From Hyalangium minutum (GTDB lineage Bacteria; Myxococcota; Myxococcia; Myxococcales; Myxococcaceae): a stretch of DNA of 64,000 nt. The translations under genes and the position numbers were made by a program. This document shows, in pieces, positions 18,620 to 28,856 of this stretch; positions within the stretch are counted from its first letter, which is position 1; every line of letters starts with the position of its first letter. Under the pieces are notes generated by a model that ran no database searches, was not told the origin of the DNA, and saw only the letters and a list, made by a program, of their open reading frames with translations. The stretch covers positions 48,882 through 112,881 of the forward strand of contig NZ_JMCB01000026.1 of assembly GCF_000737315.1 (NCBI RefSeq). Direction: 5' to 3'.

Positions 18620-19554
18620 GGAAGGAACTCCCCTACGCGTTTGACTTCGGGTTTGAGCTCGACGCCGGAATCAGCCTTCACCCGCTCCTGCATCAGGGTG
18701 ATGAGGCCGAGGACGTCGCGGGCGGTGGCACCGCCCAGATTGACGATCCAGTTGGCGTGCAGAGTCGAAATCTGCGCGCGACCCAGGATGTGGCCCTTGA
18801 GGGCCACCTTCTCGATGAGCCGCCCGGCGAAGTCGCCCGGCGGGTTGGTGAAGACGCTGCCAAAGTTCGGCTGGCTGAGCGGCTGGGTGCTCTTGCGGTA
18901 GGCCAGGTCCTTGTCCATGGCCTGCTTGGAGGCGGCCAGGTCTCCCCGAGGCAACCGGAAGCGCACCCGTGTCACCACGCCGCCCGGAGGCAGCTCCGAG
19001 TGCCGGTACGCATGCGGAATCCGCGCCTTCTCCAGCCACCCCACCCCGTCCGCCGTGGCCACCTCCACGGCTTCCACGACGCGGAAGCACTCGCCGTTCT
19101 TGGTGCCGGCGTTCATCGACACCGCGCCGCCCAGCGTGCCGGGGATGCCTGCGAGGAACTCCGCGCCGACCAGCCCGTGGTTGCGCATCTGATTGACGAG
19201 CCGGACGATCGCCGCGCCCGCGCCCAGCGTGATGCGGCCCTCGTCCTCGCCCACGTCAGCGGCTTCTGGGAACAGATCTCCCGGGAGGCGCAGTGTGATG
19301 CCCTTCACCCCGCCATCGCCCACGAGCGTGTTGGCACCTCCACCCAGAATGGTGACGGGCACGCCCTGGGCCTGGGCCAGCCGCAGCAGCGCCACGAGCG
19401 CATCGGGGCTGCGCGGGCGGACGAGTGCCTCCGCAAAGCCTCCCACCCGGACACTGGTGAGGGGCGCGAGCGGCTCGCCCGCCTTCACCTCACACCCATC
19501 CAGGTGCGAGAGCCACTCTGGGAGGGAGGATGCGATGCGCGCCGTCATGCTCAC
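18616..19554 (-). CDS. murB: UDP-N-acetylenolpyruvoylglucosamine reductase
   Basis: [37 protein letters not shown] and LKPEV motifs. Confidence 0.97.
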   Translation of the reverse strand: MSMTARIASSLPEWLSHLDGCEVKAGEPLAPLTSVRVGGFAEALVRPRSPDALVALLRLAQAQGVPVTILGGGANTLVGDGGVKGITLRLPGDLFPEAADVGEDEGRITLGAGAAIVRLVNQMRNHGLVGAEFLAGIPGTLGGAVSMNAGTKNGECFRVVEAVEVATADGVGWLEKARIPHAYRHSELPPGGVVTRVRFRLPRGDLAASKQAMDKDLAYRKSTQPLSQPNFGSVFTNPPGDFAGRLIEKVALKGHILGRAQISTLHANWIVNLGGATARDVLGLITLMQERVKADSGVELKPEVKRVGEFLP

Positions 19555-20978
19555 CCGCCCTTGGCGGCCCCGGCCTTCCCGAGCAGGGCCAGCAGATCCG
19601 GCCCCACCTGGGTGATGTCACCGGCGCCCAGCGTGAGGACGATGTCACCCTCGCGCAGCCGGGGAGCGATGGCGGCGGGCAGATCCACCCGCTTCTCCAC
19701 GTACGTCACGTCGCGGTGGCCGTGGTCCCGGATGGCCTCGGCCAAAGCGTCTCCCGTGGCGCCGGGGATGGGCTCCTCGCCAGCCGCGTAGACGCTGGAG
19801 ACGAAGAGCACGTCCGCATCATTAAAGGCGGTGGTGAACTCGCGCTTCAGATCATGGGTGCGCGTGTAGCGGTGGGGCTGGAAAGCCACCACGACCCGGC
19901 GCCCGAAGGCCCGCCGTGCACCGGCCAGCGTGGCCAGCACCTCGGTGGGGTGGTGCCCATAGTCGTCCACCACGGTGATGCCGTTCACCTCGCCGCGCAC
20001 GGTGAAGCGGCGCTGCACGCCGCCGAACTCGGCCAGGGCCCCGCGCACGATGTCGAGAGGAATCTCCATCTCCTCGGCCACGGCGATGACGGCCAGGGCG
20101 TTGAGGGCGTTGTGCGCGCCCACCATGCGGACGCGGAACTCGCCGAGCGGCTCATCGCGCCGGAAGGCGTTGAAGCGGGTGCTGAAGCCCTCGAGCGAGA
20201 TGCCCTCCACCCGGTAGTCCGCCATGTGCGAGCTGCCGTAGGTGACGACGCGCTTCTCCAGCCGGGGCAGCAGCTCCTGCACGTTGGGGTGGTCCAGGCA
20301 CAGGACGTTGAGCCCGTAGAACGGCACGCGGTTGCAGAACTCCACGAAGGCCGTCTTCAGCGCCTCGAGCGTCCCGTAGTGGTCCATGTGCTCGGGATCG
20401 ATGTTCGTCACCACGGTGATGGCGGGGTGCAGCTTGAGGAAGCTGCCATCGCTCTCGTCGGCCTCGACCACCATGAGCTCGCTCTTGCCGAGCTTGGCGT
20501 TGGAGTCGAGCACGTTCACCTTGCCGCCGACCACGGCGGTGGGGTCCAGCCCCGCGGCGGAGAGCACCGTGGCCACCATGGAGGTGGTGGTGGTCTTCCC
20601 GTGGCTGCCGGCCACGGCGACCGCGTACTTGAGGCGCATCAGCTCCGCGAGCATCTCCGCGCGGGCGATGACCGGGATCTTCCGCTGGCGCGCGGTGACG
20701 ACCTCCGGGTTGTCCTTCTTCACCGCGGAGGAGATGACGACCACGTCCGCATGCACGAGGTTCTGCGCCTTGTGGCCCTCGTAGATGGTGGCACCCATGC
20801 TGGCCAGACGCCGGGTGATGTCACTGCCCTTCAGGTCCGAGCCGGACACGCGGTAGCCCAGGTTGATGAGCACCTCGGCGATGCCGCTCATGCCGATGCC
20901 GCCGATGCCCACGAAGTGCACCTGGGCGGCGTGGCGCGTCTTGAAGAGACTCTGGGGCTTGTTGCCAGTCTTGTTCAC
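19551..20978 (-). CDS. murC: UDP-N-acetylmuramate--L-alanine ligase
   Basis: [41 protein letters not shown] and FQPHRYTRT motifs. Confidence 0.98.
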   Translation of the reverse strand: MNKTGNKPQSLFKTRHAAQVHFVGIGGIGMSGIAEVLINLGYRVSGSDLKGSDITRRLASMGATIYEGHKAQNLVHADVVVISSAVKKDNPEVVTARQRKIPVIARAEMLAELMRLKYAVAVAGSHGKTTTTSMVATVLSAAGLDPTAVVGGKVNVLDSNAKLGKSELMVVEADESDGSFLKLHPAITVVTNIDPEHMDHYGTLEALKTAFVEFCNRVPFYGLNVLCLDHPNVQELLPRLEKRVVTYGSSHMADYRVEGISLEGFSTRFNAFRRDEPLGEFRVRMVGAHNALNALAVIAVAEEMEIPLDIVRGALAEFGGVQRRFTVRGEVNGITVVDDYGHHPTEVLATLAGARRAFGRRVVVAFQPHRYTRTHDLKREFTTAFNDADVLFVSSVYAAGEEPIPGATGDALAEAIRDHGHRDVTYVEKRVDLPAAIAPRLREGDIVLTLGAGDITQVGPDLLALLGKAGAAKGG

Positions 20979-20981
20979 GGC

Positions 20982-22127
20982 TCACTCGCTCCTGGAGGGC
21001 TTGGCGGCCTCGGGCTTGGGGGGCCGGTCGCGGCCGTTGGGCCCGTACACCTTCACCATCAGATCCACCAACACGTCCGCCAGCTCCTTGGAGGCCTCGG
21101 GGCGGCCCAGCAGCCCGGCCTTCTTCTCCATCTGCTTGAGCCGCACCGGCTCCGTCTTCAGGAGGCGGATCTGCTCGGCCAGCTTCTGCCCGGTGAGCTC
21201 CGCCTCGCGGAACATGAGGGCCGCGCCCGCTTCCACCATCGCCCGGGCGTTCACCGCCTGGTGGTCATCCGTGGCGTACGGGAAGGGCACGAGGATGCTG
21301 GGCTTCTTGCACACGGTGAGCTCGGCCAGCGTGGTGGCGCCCGCGCGGCACACCACGAGGTCCGCCCTGGCGTAGGCATCGGACATGTCGTTGATGAACT
21401 CGACGACCTCGGCCTGGAAGCCCTTGTCCGCGTAGCCCTTGCGCACCATCTCCAGGTCGTTCTTCCCGGTCTGGTGCACGAAGGTCATCTGGTCCTTCAG
21501 GTCCTCGAGGAAGCCCAGCGCATCCACCACGCGCTGGTTGAGGCCCTTGGCGCCCAGGCTGCCGCCGAACACGAGGACGGAGAACCGCTCGTGCGCCACG
21601 TGCGAGCGCAGGTAGTTGTCCATCAGCTTGCGGCGGATGGGGTTGCCCACCAGCTGCACCTTGCCCTCGGGGAAGAAGCGCCGCGCATCCTCGAAGGCGG
21701 TGAAGACCACGCGCACGAACCTGCCGAGGATCTTGTTGGTGATGCCCGGCAGCGCGTTCTGCTCCTGGATCGCGGTGGGGATGCCCAGCAGCCACGCGGA
21801 CATCACCACGGGCCCGCTGGCATAGCCGCCCACGCCCACAACGACGTCCGGCTTGTGCCTCTGGAGGATGCGGATGGACTCGATGAAGGCCAGCGGCAGC
21901 GCCAGCAGCCCCAAGAGGAACTGGAGGAAGCCCTTGCCCTTGAGACCGCGGACGCTGATGAACTCGAGCGGGAAGCCGGCCTGCGGCACCACCTTCGCCT
22001 CCAGACCGCGCTCGGTGCCGACGAAGACCACCTCATTCTTGTGGTGGCGAGTGACGACCTCTTCGGCCAGGGCAATGCCCGGAAAGAGGTGACCGCCCGT
22101 TCCACCGCCAGCAATGAGGACCTTCAC
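20982..22127 (-). CDS. murG: Undecaprenyl-PP-MurNAc-pentapeptide N-acetylglucosaminyltransferase
   Basis: GGGTGGH, GGY, EQN, GGSLG, RAGA and HQxxNA motifs. GTG start at 22127 overlaps the ftsW stop. Confidence 0.97.
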   Translation of the reverse strand: MKVLIAGGGTGGHLFPGIALAEEVVTRHHKNEVVFVGTERGLEAKVVPQAGFPLEFISVRGLKGKGFLQFLLGLLALPLAFIESIRILQRHKPDVVVGVGGYASGPVVMSAWLLGIPTAIQEQNALPGITNKILGRFVRVVFTAFEDARRFFPEGKVQLVGNPIRRKLMDNYLRSHVAHERFSVLVFGGSLGAKGLNQRVVDALGFLEDLKDQMTFVHQTGKNDLEMVRKGYADKGFQAEVVEFINDMSDAYARADLVVCRAGATTLAELTVCKKPSILVPFPYATDDHQAVNARAMVEAGAALMFREAELTGQKLAEQIRLLKTEPVRLKQMEKKAGLLGRPEASKELADVLVDLMVKVYGPNGRDRPPKPEAAKPSRSE

Positions 22128-23281
22128 GCTGTCACCTCCCGCATCTCGCTGCCGACGCGAGAGGTGCGCGGGGCCCCTTGCGTGGCGGTACTCAATGACA
22201 GCAACACCCCTGCCGCCCCCATCAGCACCAGCAGCGACGTGCCACCGTACGAGACGAACGGCAGCGTCAGCCCCTTGGTCGGCAGCAGGCCCATGGCCAC
22301 GCACATGTTCACGGTGGCCTGGAAGGCGACGATGGAGGTGAGGCCCAGCCCGAGGTATGTGCCGAACGGCTCGGGCGACGCCAGGGCGATGCGCACCCCG
22401 CGCCAGATGACGATTGCGTAGAGCGCCACCAGCAGCGTGACGCCGATGAGCCCCAGCTCCTCGCCGATGATGGCGAAGATGAAGTCGGTGTGGGCCTCGG
22501 GAAGGAAGAACAGCTTCTGCCGCCCGTCACCCAGTCCCAGGCCTGTGAGCCCTCCTGAGCCGATGGACATGAGCGACTCGGCCACCTGGTAGCCCACGTC
22601 ATGGCGGTGGGCCCACGGATCCAGGAAGGCCAGCACGCGCTTCATGCGGTACGGGCTGGAGGCGATGGCCACGTACGCCATCGGCAGCGCCAGCAGCACG
22701 GAGCCCACGAGGTAGCTCAGCTTGGTGCCCGCGGTGAACAGCAGCACGAAGAGCAGGAACACGAGCAGCACGGAGCTGCCGAAGTCCGGCTGGCGCATGC
22801 ACAGCGCCACGAGGATGCCGCACAGGACCAGGTGGGGCAGGAAGCCCACGGAGAACGTGGCCACCTTCTCGCGCTTCTTGGCCAGCGAGTAGGACAGGTA
22901 GACGACCCAGGCGAACTTGGCGACCTCGGCGGGCTGTAGACCGAAGCCCGGGAAGCGAATCCACCGGCGCGCGCCGCCTGCCGTGGTGCCAACGCCCGGA
23001 ATCAGCACAGCTATCAGCAGCAAGATGGTGACGATGAGCAGCGGCCAGGCCAGGCGTGCCAGCCTCCGCCAGCCGACCTTCATGGCCACGGCCATGGCCA
23101 CCACGCCCATGCCGGCAGCCATGAGCTGGCGCTTGAGGAAGTAGAGGCTGTCGCCCAGCTTGTCCTGCGCGAGGATGGCGCTGGCCGAGTAGACCATCAC
23201 CAGCCCCAATGCCACGAGCGCCAGCACGGCACACAGGAGGATGGGATCGAACCGGACGGGCCCGGCGGCGGATGTCTTCAT
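22124..23281 (-). CDS. ftsW: SEDS peptidoglycan glycosyltransferase FtsW
   Basis: GARRWI, QPAEVAK, QPDFG, PEAHTDFIF and LPFVSYGGTS motifs. ATG 23281 has GAGG upstream. Confidence 0.97.
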   Translation of the reverse strand: MKTSAAGPVRFDPILLCAVLALVALGLVMVYSASAILAQDKLGDSLYFLKRQLMAAGMGVVAMAVAMKVGWRRLARLAWPLLIVTILLLIAVLIPGVGTTAGGARRWIRFPGFGLQPAEVAKFAWVVYLSYSLAKKREKVATFSVGFLPHLVLCGILVALCMRQPDFGSSVLLVFLLFVLLFTAGTKLSYLVGSVLLALPMAYVAIASSPYRMKRVLAFLDPWAHRHDVGYQVAESLMSIGSGGLTGLGLGDGRQKLFFLPEAHTDFIFAIIGEELGLIGVTLLVALYAIVIWRGVRIALASPEPFGTYLGLGLTSIVAFQATVNMCVAMGLLPTKGLTLPFVSYGGTSLLVLMGAAGVLLSLSTATQGAPRTSRVGSEMREVTA

Positions 23282-23291
23282 GGCCTGCACC

Positions 23292-24659
23292 TCAGAGCGC
23301 CTGCACGAGCCGCTTGAACGTCTCGCCCCGGTCCTCGAAGTTCTTGAACTGATCGTACGACGCGCACGCGGGAGACAGCAGCACGGTGTCGCCGGCCTTC
23401 GCCAGCTCGCGTGCTCTCCTCACGGCCTCGTCCAGCGTGCCGCAGGAGTGCACCGGAGCGTGCCCCTGGTACGCCGCAGCGATCGTCTCCGCGTCTTTAC
23501 CGATGGTGAGAACCACCTTCACCTTCCCGAGCCCCTCGTCCACCATCGGCTTGTACGGCGCGCCCTTCCCCTTCCCGCCCGCGATGAGCAGCAGGTCGCC
23601 CTTGAAGGCCCTCAGCGCCACCAGCACCGAGTCCACGTTGGTGGCCTTCGAGTCGTTCACCCACTCCACGCCGTCCAGCACCCGGACGCTCTCCATGCGG
23701 TGAGGCAAGCCCGGGTAGCTGTCGAGCCCGGCCTGCACCGCCTCGCGAGACACGCCCCCCAGCCGGGCGAGCAGAGCCGCCGCCATGGCGTTCTGCGCGT
23801 TGTGCGCACCGCGCAGGGCCCGGTTCGTCAACGTGTAGTCCTCGTTGAGGAAGTCGAGCCGGAAGCCACTGGGCTTCGCCACCGCCATCCCCGTGAGCTT
23901 CGGTCCGCCCGGCGCGAACTGCCCGGACACGCTGAAACCGTACACCGGCACGTTGGCCTGGAGCCCGAGCCGCATCACGTGCGCGTCCTCCGCGTTCACC
24001 ACCGCGAAGTCGCCGGGGCCCTGGTTCATGAAGATGCGGGCCTTGGCCTCGCCATAGGCCTCGTGGCTCGGGTACCGGTCGATGTGGTCCGGCGTCAGGT
24101 TGAGGATGGCCGCGCCCTTGGGACGCACCTGCTGGATGCCCTCGAGCTGGAAGCTGGAGAGCTCCACCACCTGCGCATCCCAGTCCTTCGGCGTGAGCGC
24201 GGCCTCGGCCAGCGGCAGCCCGAGGTTGCCGCCCACGAAGGTGCGGCGCCCGCCCTTCTTGAACAGCTCGCCGGTGAGCGCCGTGGTGGTGCTCTTGCCG
24301 TTGGTGCCAGTGATGCCGAACAGCGGCACCTCCGAGAGGAAGCGCCAGGCCAGCTCGATCTCGCCCCAAATGGGGACATCCGCGATGCGCGCGGCCTCCA
24401 GTTCGGGCAGGGACAGCGGGACACCGGGGCTCACCACGATGAACTGCTGGGCCTCGAGCAGCCCGGCCGGCGTGGCGCCCGTGACAAGCTTCACGCCCTG
24501 GGCCTTCAGCTCGCGAGCCACGTCGCCCAGCGCGTTCTCATCCCGGGCATCGAGCGCCGTCACCTGGGCGCCCTGCGCGAGCAGCAGCTTGATGGCCGCC
24601 ACCCCACTCTTCGCCAGCCCGAACACCAGCACCTTCTGACCGGACAGCGCGAGAGACAT
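23292..24659 (-). CDS. murD: UDP-N-acetylmuramoyl-L-alanine--D-glutamate ligase
   Basis: SPGV, ITGTNGKSTTT, ELSSFQL, NDSKATN and LLSPACASYDQF motifs. Confidence 0.98.
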   Translation of the reverse strand: MSLALSGQKVLVFGLAKSGVAAIKLLLAQGAQVTALDARDENALGDVARELKAQGVKLVTGATPAGLLEAQQFIVVSPGVPLSLPELEAARIADVPIWGEIELAWRFLSEVPLFGITGTNGKSTTTALTGELFKKGGRRTFVGGNLGLPLAEAALTPKDWDAQVVELSSFQLEGIQQVRPKGAAILNLTPDHIDRYPSHEAYGEAKARIFMNQGPGDFAVVNAEDAHVMRLGLQANVPVYGFSVSGQFAPGGPKLTGMAVAKPSGFRLDFLNEDYTLTNRALRGAHNAQNAMAAALLARLGGVSREAVQAGLDSYPGLPHRMESVRVLDGVEWVNDSKATNVDSVLVALRAFKGDLLLIAGGKGKGAPYKPMVDEGLGKVKVVLTIGKDAETIAAAYQGHAPVHSCGTLDEAVRRARELAKAGDTVLLSPACASYDQFKNFEDRGETFKRLVQAL

Positions 24660-24671
24660 GGGGCACGACTC

Positions 24672-25850
24672 CTAGCGAAGCTTGAGGGACAGCAGCGCCA
24701 CGCCGCCACACAAGATGGCGACGATCCAGAACCGGACGATGATCTTCGGCTCGGCCATGCCCTTGAGCTCGAAGTGGTGGTGGACGGGGGCCATCTTGAA
24801 GACGCGCTTGCCCGTCGTCTTGAAGGAGATGACCTGAATCATCACGCTGAGGATCTCCGCGAAGAAGACCCCGTGGATGACGGCGGAGACCACCTCGTTC
24901 TTGGAGAGCACGGCCAGTCCGCCCAGCGCGCCGCCGAGCGCCAGCGAGCCCACGTCGCCCATGAACACGGACGCCGGGTAGGTATTGAACCAGAGGAAGG
25001 CGATGCCCGCGCCCACGATGCTGGCGCAGAACACGGACAACTCCGCGCCGCCGGGCACCTGGAGGATGCCCAGGTACTGGTAGAGCGGCGTGGCCACGGT
25101 GCGCGTCACCCCGTCCACCACCTGCGAGTCCGCCAGGTGCAGCGTGGTGCCCGCCACGTAGCAGAGCACCGCGAACGTGGTGGCCGAGACGATGGTGGGC
25201 ACGATGGCGAGCCCGTCCAGGCCGTCCGTGAGGTTCACGGCGTTGGAGGTGCCCACCACGACGATCCAGCCGAACACCACGTAGAACCAGCCGAGGTCCG
25301 GGCTGAACCAGTGTGACGGGATGAAGGGCAACGTCAGCTTGGTGCTGATGAGCAGCGTGGGCCCGAAGGAGCCGTCCGCCTTCGTCCACGTGGTCATCAG
25401 CCCGAAGATGGCGACCAGGTAGAAGAAGGTCTGCAGCACCATCTTCTTGCGCCCGGCCAGGCCTTTCGAGTTGCGCTTGGACAGCTTGAGCCAATCATCC
25501 AGGAAGCCGATGAAGCCGTAGCCGAAGGTGAGCAGCAGCATCACCCAGACGCCGCGGCTCTTGAGGTCCGCGAACAGCAGCGTGCCCGCGCCGATGCACA
25601 GGAGGATGAGCTGACCACCCATGGTGGGCGTGCCCTTCTTCTTCTGGTGCGTGTCCGGCGTGTCCTCGCGGACGTTGGACTGGCCGTGCTGCTTGAACCG
25701 CAGCCGCGCGATGAGCTTGGGGCCGATCAGCATCCCCAACAGGAGCGCGAACACCCCCGCCGCGATGATGCGGAAAGTGGGGTAGCGCAGGAAGTTGAGG
25801 ACCCGGCCCGCGCCCGTGTCCTTGAGCCACTCGTAAAGCAAGAACAGCAC
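24672..25850 (-). CDS. mraY: Phospho-N-acetylmuramoyl-pentapeptide transferase
   Basis: KKGTPTMGG, GFLDD, NAVNLTDGLDG, FMGDVGS and MAPVHHHFE motifs. GTG start at 25850 abuts the murF stop. Confidence 0.97.
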   Translation of the reverse strand: MLFLLYEWLKDTGAGRVLNFLRYPTFRIIAAGVFALLLGMLIGPKLIARLRFKQHGQSNVREDTPDTHQKKKGTPTMGGQLILLCIGAGTLLFADLKSRGVWVMLLLTFGYGFIGFLDDWLKLSKRNSKGLAGRKKMVLQTFFYLVAIFGLMTTWTKADGSFGPTLLISTKLTLPFIPSHWFSPDLGWFYVVFGWIVVVGTSNAVNLTDGLDGLAIVPTIVSATTFAVLCYVAGTTLHLADSQVVDGVTRTVATPLYQYLGILQVPGGAELSVFCASIVGAGIAFLWFNTYPASVFMGDVGSLALGGALGGLAVLSKNEVVSAVIHGVFFAEILSVMIQVISFKTTGKRVFKMAPVHHHFELKGMAEPKIIVRFWIVAILCGGVALLSLKLR

Positions 25851-27253
25851 TAGTGAGCTCCTCCAGGCGCCGCGGCGCCCGTGAGGGCCGCCACCACCCG
25901 CTCCAGCCGCATGCCTCGGCTGCCCTTCACCAGGACCACATCCCCCGCCTTGAGCTGGGGTTGCAGCCACTTCACCAGCGGCTCCACCTCGGTGAAGTGC
26001 GCCGCCGCGTCACCCAGGCGGGAGGCCGCCCGGAAACCCTGCTCGGAGCGCGGGCCGAAAAAGGCCACCCGCTCCACCCTGCCCGCCGCCCGCTCGCCCA
26101 GAGCGCGGTGCTCCTCCAGTTCGCCGGGCCCCAGCTCCAGCATGTCCCCGAGCACCGCCACCGCTCGCGAGCCCGCCGGCACCAGCGTGCGCAGCGTATC
26201 GAGCGCCGCGTCCATGGAGGCCGGGTTGGCGTTGTAGCAGTCGTCAATCACGGTGATGCCGTGGAGCCCATCCACCACGTTGAGGCGCCGCGCGTACGGG
26301 CGCGCCGTCTCCAGGCCCCGCGTGCACTCCTCCGGCGAGTAGCCCAGCGCGAGCCCCGTGGCGAAGGCCCCAGTGGCGTTGAGCGCGTTGTGCTCGCCGA
26401 TGAAGTGCAGGCGAACGGGATACTCCTGGCCCTGGTAGCGCACCGTGGCGCGCAAGCCTTCGCGGCCCAGTGTCTCCACACGCACCAGCCGCACGTCCGC
26501 GGCCTCCGCGCGCCCGAAGGTCAGCTTGCGCGCATTCGTGCGCGCCGCCTGCGCCGGAATCAGCGCGTCATCCAGGTTCACCACCGCGACGGCGTCGGAG
26601 TTCAGCTCGCGGAACAGCTCGCCCTCGGCCTCGGCGACGCCCTCGATGCTGCCCAGCCCTTCGAGGTGCTCGGGCTGCACCACGGTGATGAGGCCCGCGC
26701 GCGGCCGGACGATGCGCGCCAGCCGGGTGATTTCGCCCGGGTGGTTCATGCCCACCTCGATGACGGCGGCCACGTGCGACGGCTCCAGGCGGAAGAGCGT
26801 GAGCGGGACGCCCACCTCGTTGTTGAGGTTGCCCTCCGTCTTCAGCGCCGGCCCGCGCACCGCGAGGATGGCGCCCACCATCTCCTTGGTCGTCGTCTTC
26901 CCGTTGGAGCCGCCCACGGCCGCCACGGGAAGCTGGAAGCGCTGGCGGTGAACGCGGGCCAACGCTCCCAGCGCCTCCTGCGTGTCAGGCACCGCATAGA
27001 GCGGGAACGTCCCTGGCAGAGGAGGCAGCGTCCGGTCATCCCTCACCACGGCGCCCGCCGCGCCACCCGCGCGCGCCTGGGCCAGGAAGGCGTGGGCATC
27101 GAAGCGCTCGCCATGGAGCGCCACGAAGAGGCAGCCCGGGGTCAGCGCCCGCGTGTCGGTGCAGACCTCGGTGAACTCCACGGGAGCCAGGCCGGTGCGC
27201 CGGCTGGCCCCGGTCGCCTTCACCACCTCTTCATCCGTGAATCGAGCGGCCAT
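25850..27253 (-). CDS. murF: UDP-MurNAc-tripeptide--D-Ala-D-Ala ligase
   Basis: DTRAL, GERFDAH, GSNGKTTTK, GNLNNEVG, DDCYNANP, DMLELG and VKGSRG motifs. Confidence 0.98.
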   Translation of the reverse strand: MAARFTDEEVVKATGASRRTGLAPVEFTEVCTDTRALTPGCLFVALHGERFDAHAFLAQARAGGAAGAVVRDDRTLPPLPGTFPLYAVPDTQEALGALARVHRQRFQLPVAAVGGSNGKTTTKEMVGAILAVRGPALKTEGNLNNEVGVPLTLFRLEPSHVAAVIEVGMNHPGEITRLARIVRPRAGLITVVQPEHLEGLGSIEGVAEAEGELFRELNSDAVAVVNLDDALIPAQAARTNARKLTFGRAEAADVRLVRVETLGREGLRATVRYQGQEYPVRLHFIGEHNALNATGAFATGLALGYSPEECTRGLETARPYARRLNVVDGLHGITVIDDCYNANPASMDAALDTLRTLVPAGSRAVAVLGDMLELGPGELEEHRALGERAAGRVERVAFFGPRSEQGFRAASRLGDAAAHFTEVEPLVKWLQPQLKAGDVVLVKGSRGMRLERVVAALTGAAAPGGAH

Positions 27254-27285
27254 AGGAGGGATGTCCGGCGTCGCGCGGTGCTGGC

Positions 27286-28809
27286 TCAGCCTTGAGGACG
27301 GCTCGCGAGCGCCTTGGCCGCGGCTTCCCGGTCATCGAACTGGCGCTTCTCGCCACCGATGATCTGGTACGTCTCGTGGCCCTTGCCGGCGATGAGCACC
27401 ACGTCATCCGGCCCCGCCAGGCCAATGGCCGTCTCGATGGCGGCGCGGCGATCCACGTCCACCAGATAGCCCTTCTCGCCGCTCTTGGCCTTGCCCGAGG
27501 AGATGCGGCGCAGGCCGCCCTTCTCCAGGCCCGGCGTCACCTGAGAGATGATCTCCTCGGGATCCTCCGTGCGCGGGTTGTCGCTGGTGACGACCACGAG
27601 GTCCGCGCCCTCGGCGGCCGCGGTGCCCATCAGCGGGCGCTTGCCCTTGTCGCGGTCACCGCCGCAGCCGAACACGACGATGACGCGGCCCTTGGCCAGG
27701 GTGCGCATGGCCTCCAGGGCGCGCTTGAGCGCGTCATCCGTGTGCGCGTAGTCCACCAGCACCGCGGGCGCGGGGCCGGGCATGTAGTTCTCTACGCGCT
27801 CCATGCGGCCGGAGACCTTCGTCATGCGCTCGATGCCCGTCTGCACATCGCGCCGAGCCATGCCCGCGCCGAGCGCCACGCCCGCCGCCGCCAGGATGTT
27901 CTCCAGGTTGTGGGGCCCGAGCAGCTTGCTCTTCACGGGGATGTCGCCCGCGGGCGTCTTCAGCGTGGCCTTGATGCCCTGCAGCGAGAAGGACACATCG
28001 GTGGCCGAAATCTCACCGGCGCCCGTGCGGCTGAACTTCCACGCCATGCGCTTCTGGCCGCGCAGCTCGTTGTAGATGCGCGAGGCGTAGGTGTCGTCCC
28101 CGTTCACCACGGCGACGCCGGTGGGCGACAGGTGCTCGCCGAAGAGCTTCCGCTTGGCCTGGAAGTAGTCCTCGATGTCCTTGTGGTAGTCGAGGTGGTC
28201 GCGCGTGAGGTTGGTGAACGCGGCGGCCTTGAAGGTGAGCCCGTGCACGCGCTCCTGAACCAGAGCGTGGCTGGACACCTCCATCACCACCGTCTCCACG
28301 CCCGAGTCCACCATCTCCCGGAGGATGCGGTGCAGCTCCAGCGCATCCGGAGTGGTGTTCGCCAGCTCCACGGTGCGCCCGGCGACCTTGTAGCCCAGCG
28401 TGCCGATGACGCCGGTGGAGGCGTAGGCGGCGGTGCTCATGGCCTCGAGCAGATAGGTGACCGTCGTCTTTCCGTTGGTGCCGGTGACACCGAGCAGCGT
28501 GAGCTGCTGTGCCGGGCGGCCATAGAAGTTCGCGGCGATGAGGGCCAGCGCCTTGCGCGCACTGCTCACCTTGAAGAAGGGCACCTGCGAGGAGCCCACG
28601 GGCTTCTCGGAGACCACGCCCACGGCACCGCGAGAGACCGCTTCGCCAATGTATTGGGCGCCATCTTCCTTCGTTCCTGGCACGGCCACGAACAGATCAC
28701 CGGCCTTCACCCGGCGCGAATCCTGCGTCACCCCCGTCACGTCCACCGAGGATCGACCGCCCGAGACCTGCTCCGCTCCACACCCTGCGAGGACATCCGT
28801 CAGCTTCAT
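27286..28809 (-). CDS. murE: UDP-MurNAc-dipeptide--diamino acid ligase
   Basis: GTNGKTT, TTPD, EVSSH, TNLTRDHLDYH, VDYAHT, DNPR and GKGHE motifs. Confidence 0.98.
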   Translation of the reverse strand: MKLTDVLAGCGAEQVSGGRSSVDVTGVTQDSRRVKAGDLFVAVPGTKEDGAQYIGEAVSRGAVGVVSEKPVGSSQVPFFKVSSARKALALIAANFYGRPAQQLTLLGVTGTNGKTTVTYLLEAMSTAAYASTGVIGTLGYKVAGRTVELANTTPDALELHRILREMVDSGVETVVMEVSSHALVQERVHGLTFKAAAFTNLTRDHLDYHKDIEDYFQAKRKLFGEHLSPTGVAVVNGDDTYASRIYNELRGQKRMAWKFSRTGAGEISATDVSFSLQGIKATLKTPAGDIPVKSKLLGPHNLENILAAAGVALGAGMARRDVQTGIERMTKVSGRMERVENYMPGPAPAVLVDYAHTDDALKRALEAMRTLAKGRVIVVFGCGGDRDKGKRPLMGTAAAEGADLVVVTSDNPRTEDPEEIISQVTPGLEKGGLRRISSGKAKSGEKGYLVDVDRRAAIETAIGLAGPDDVVLIAGKGHETYQIIGGEKRQFDDREAAAKALASRPQG

Positions 28810-28856
28810 CGTTTCCCCTTCAGCACTGCAAGCGCGGGGCCCGGCCTGGTGCGGCC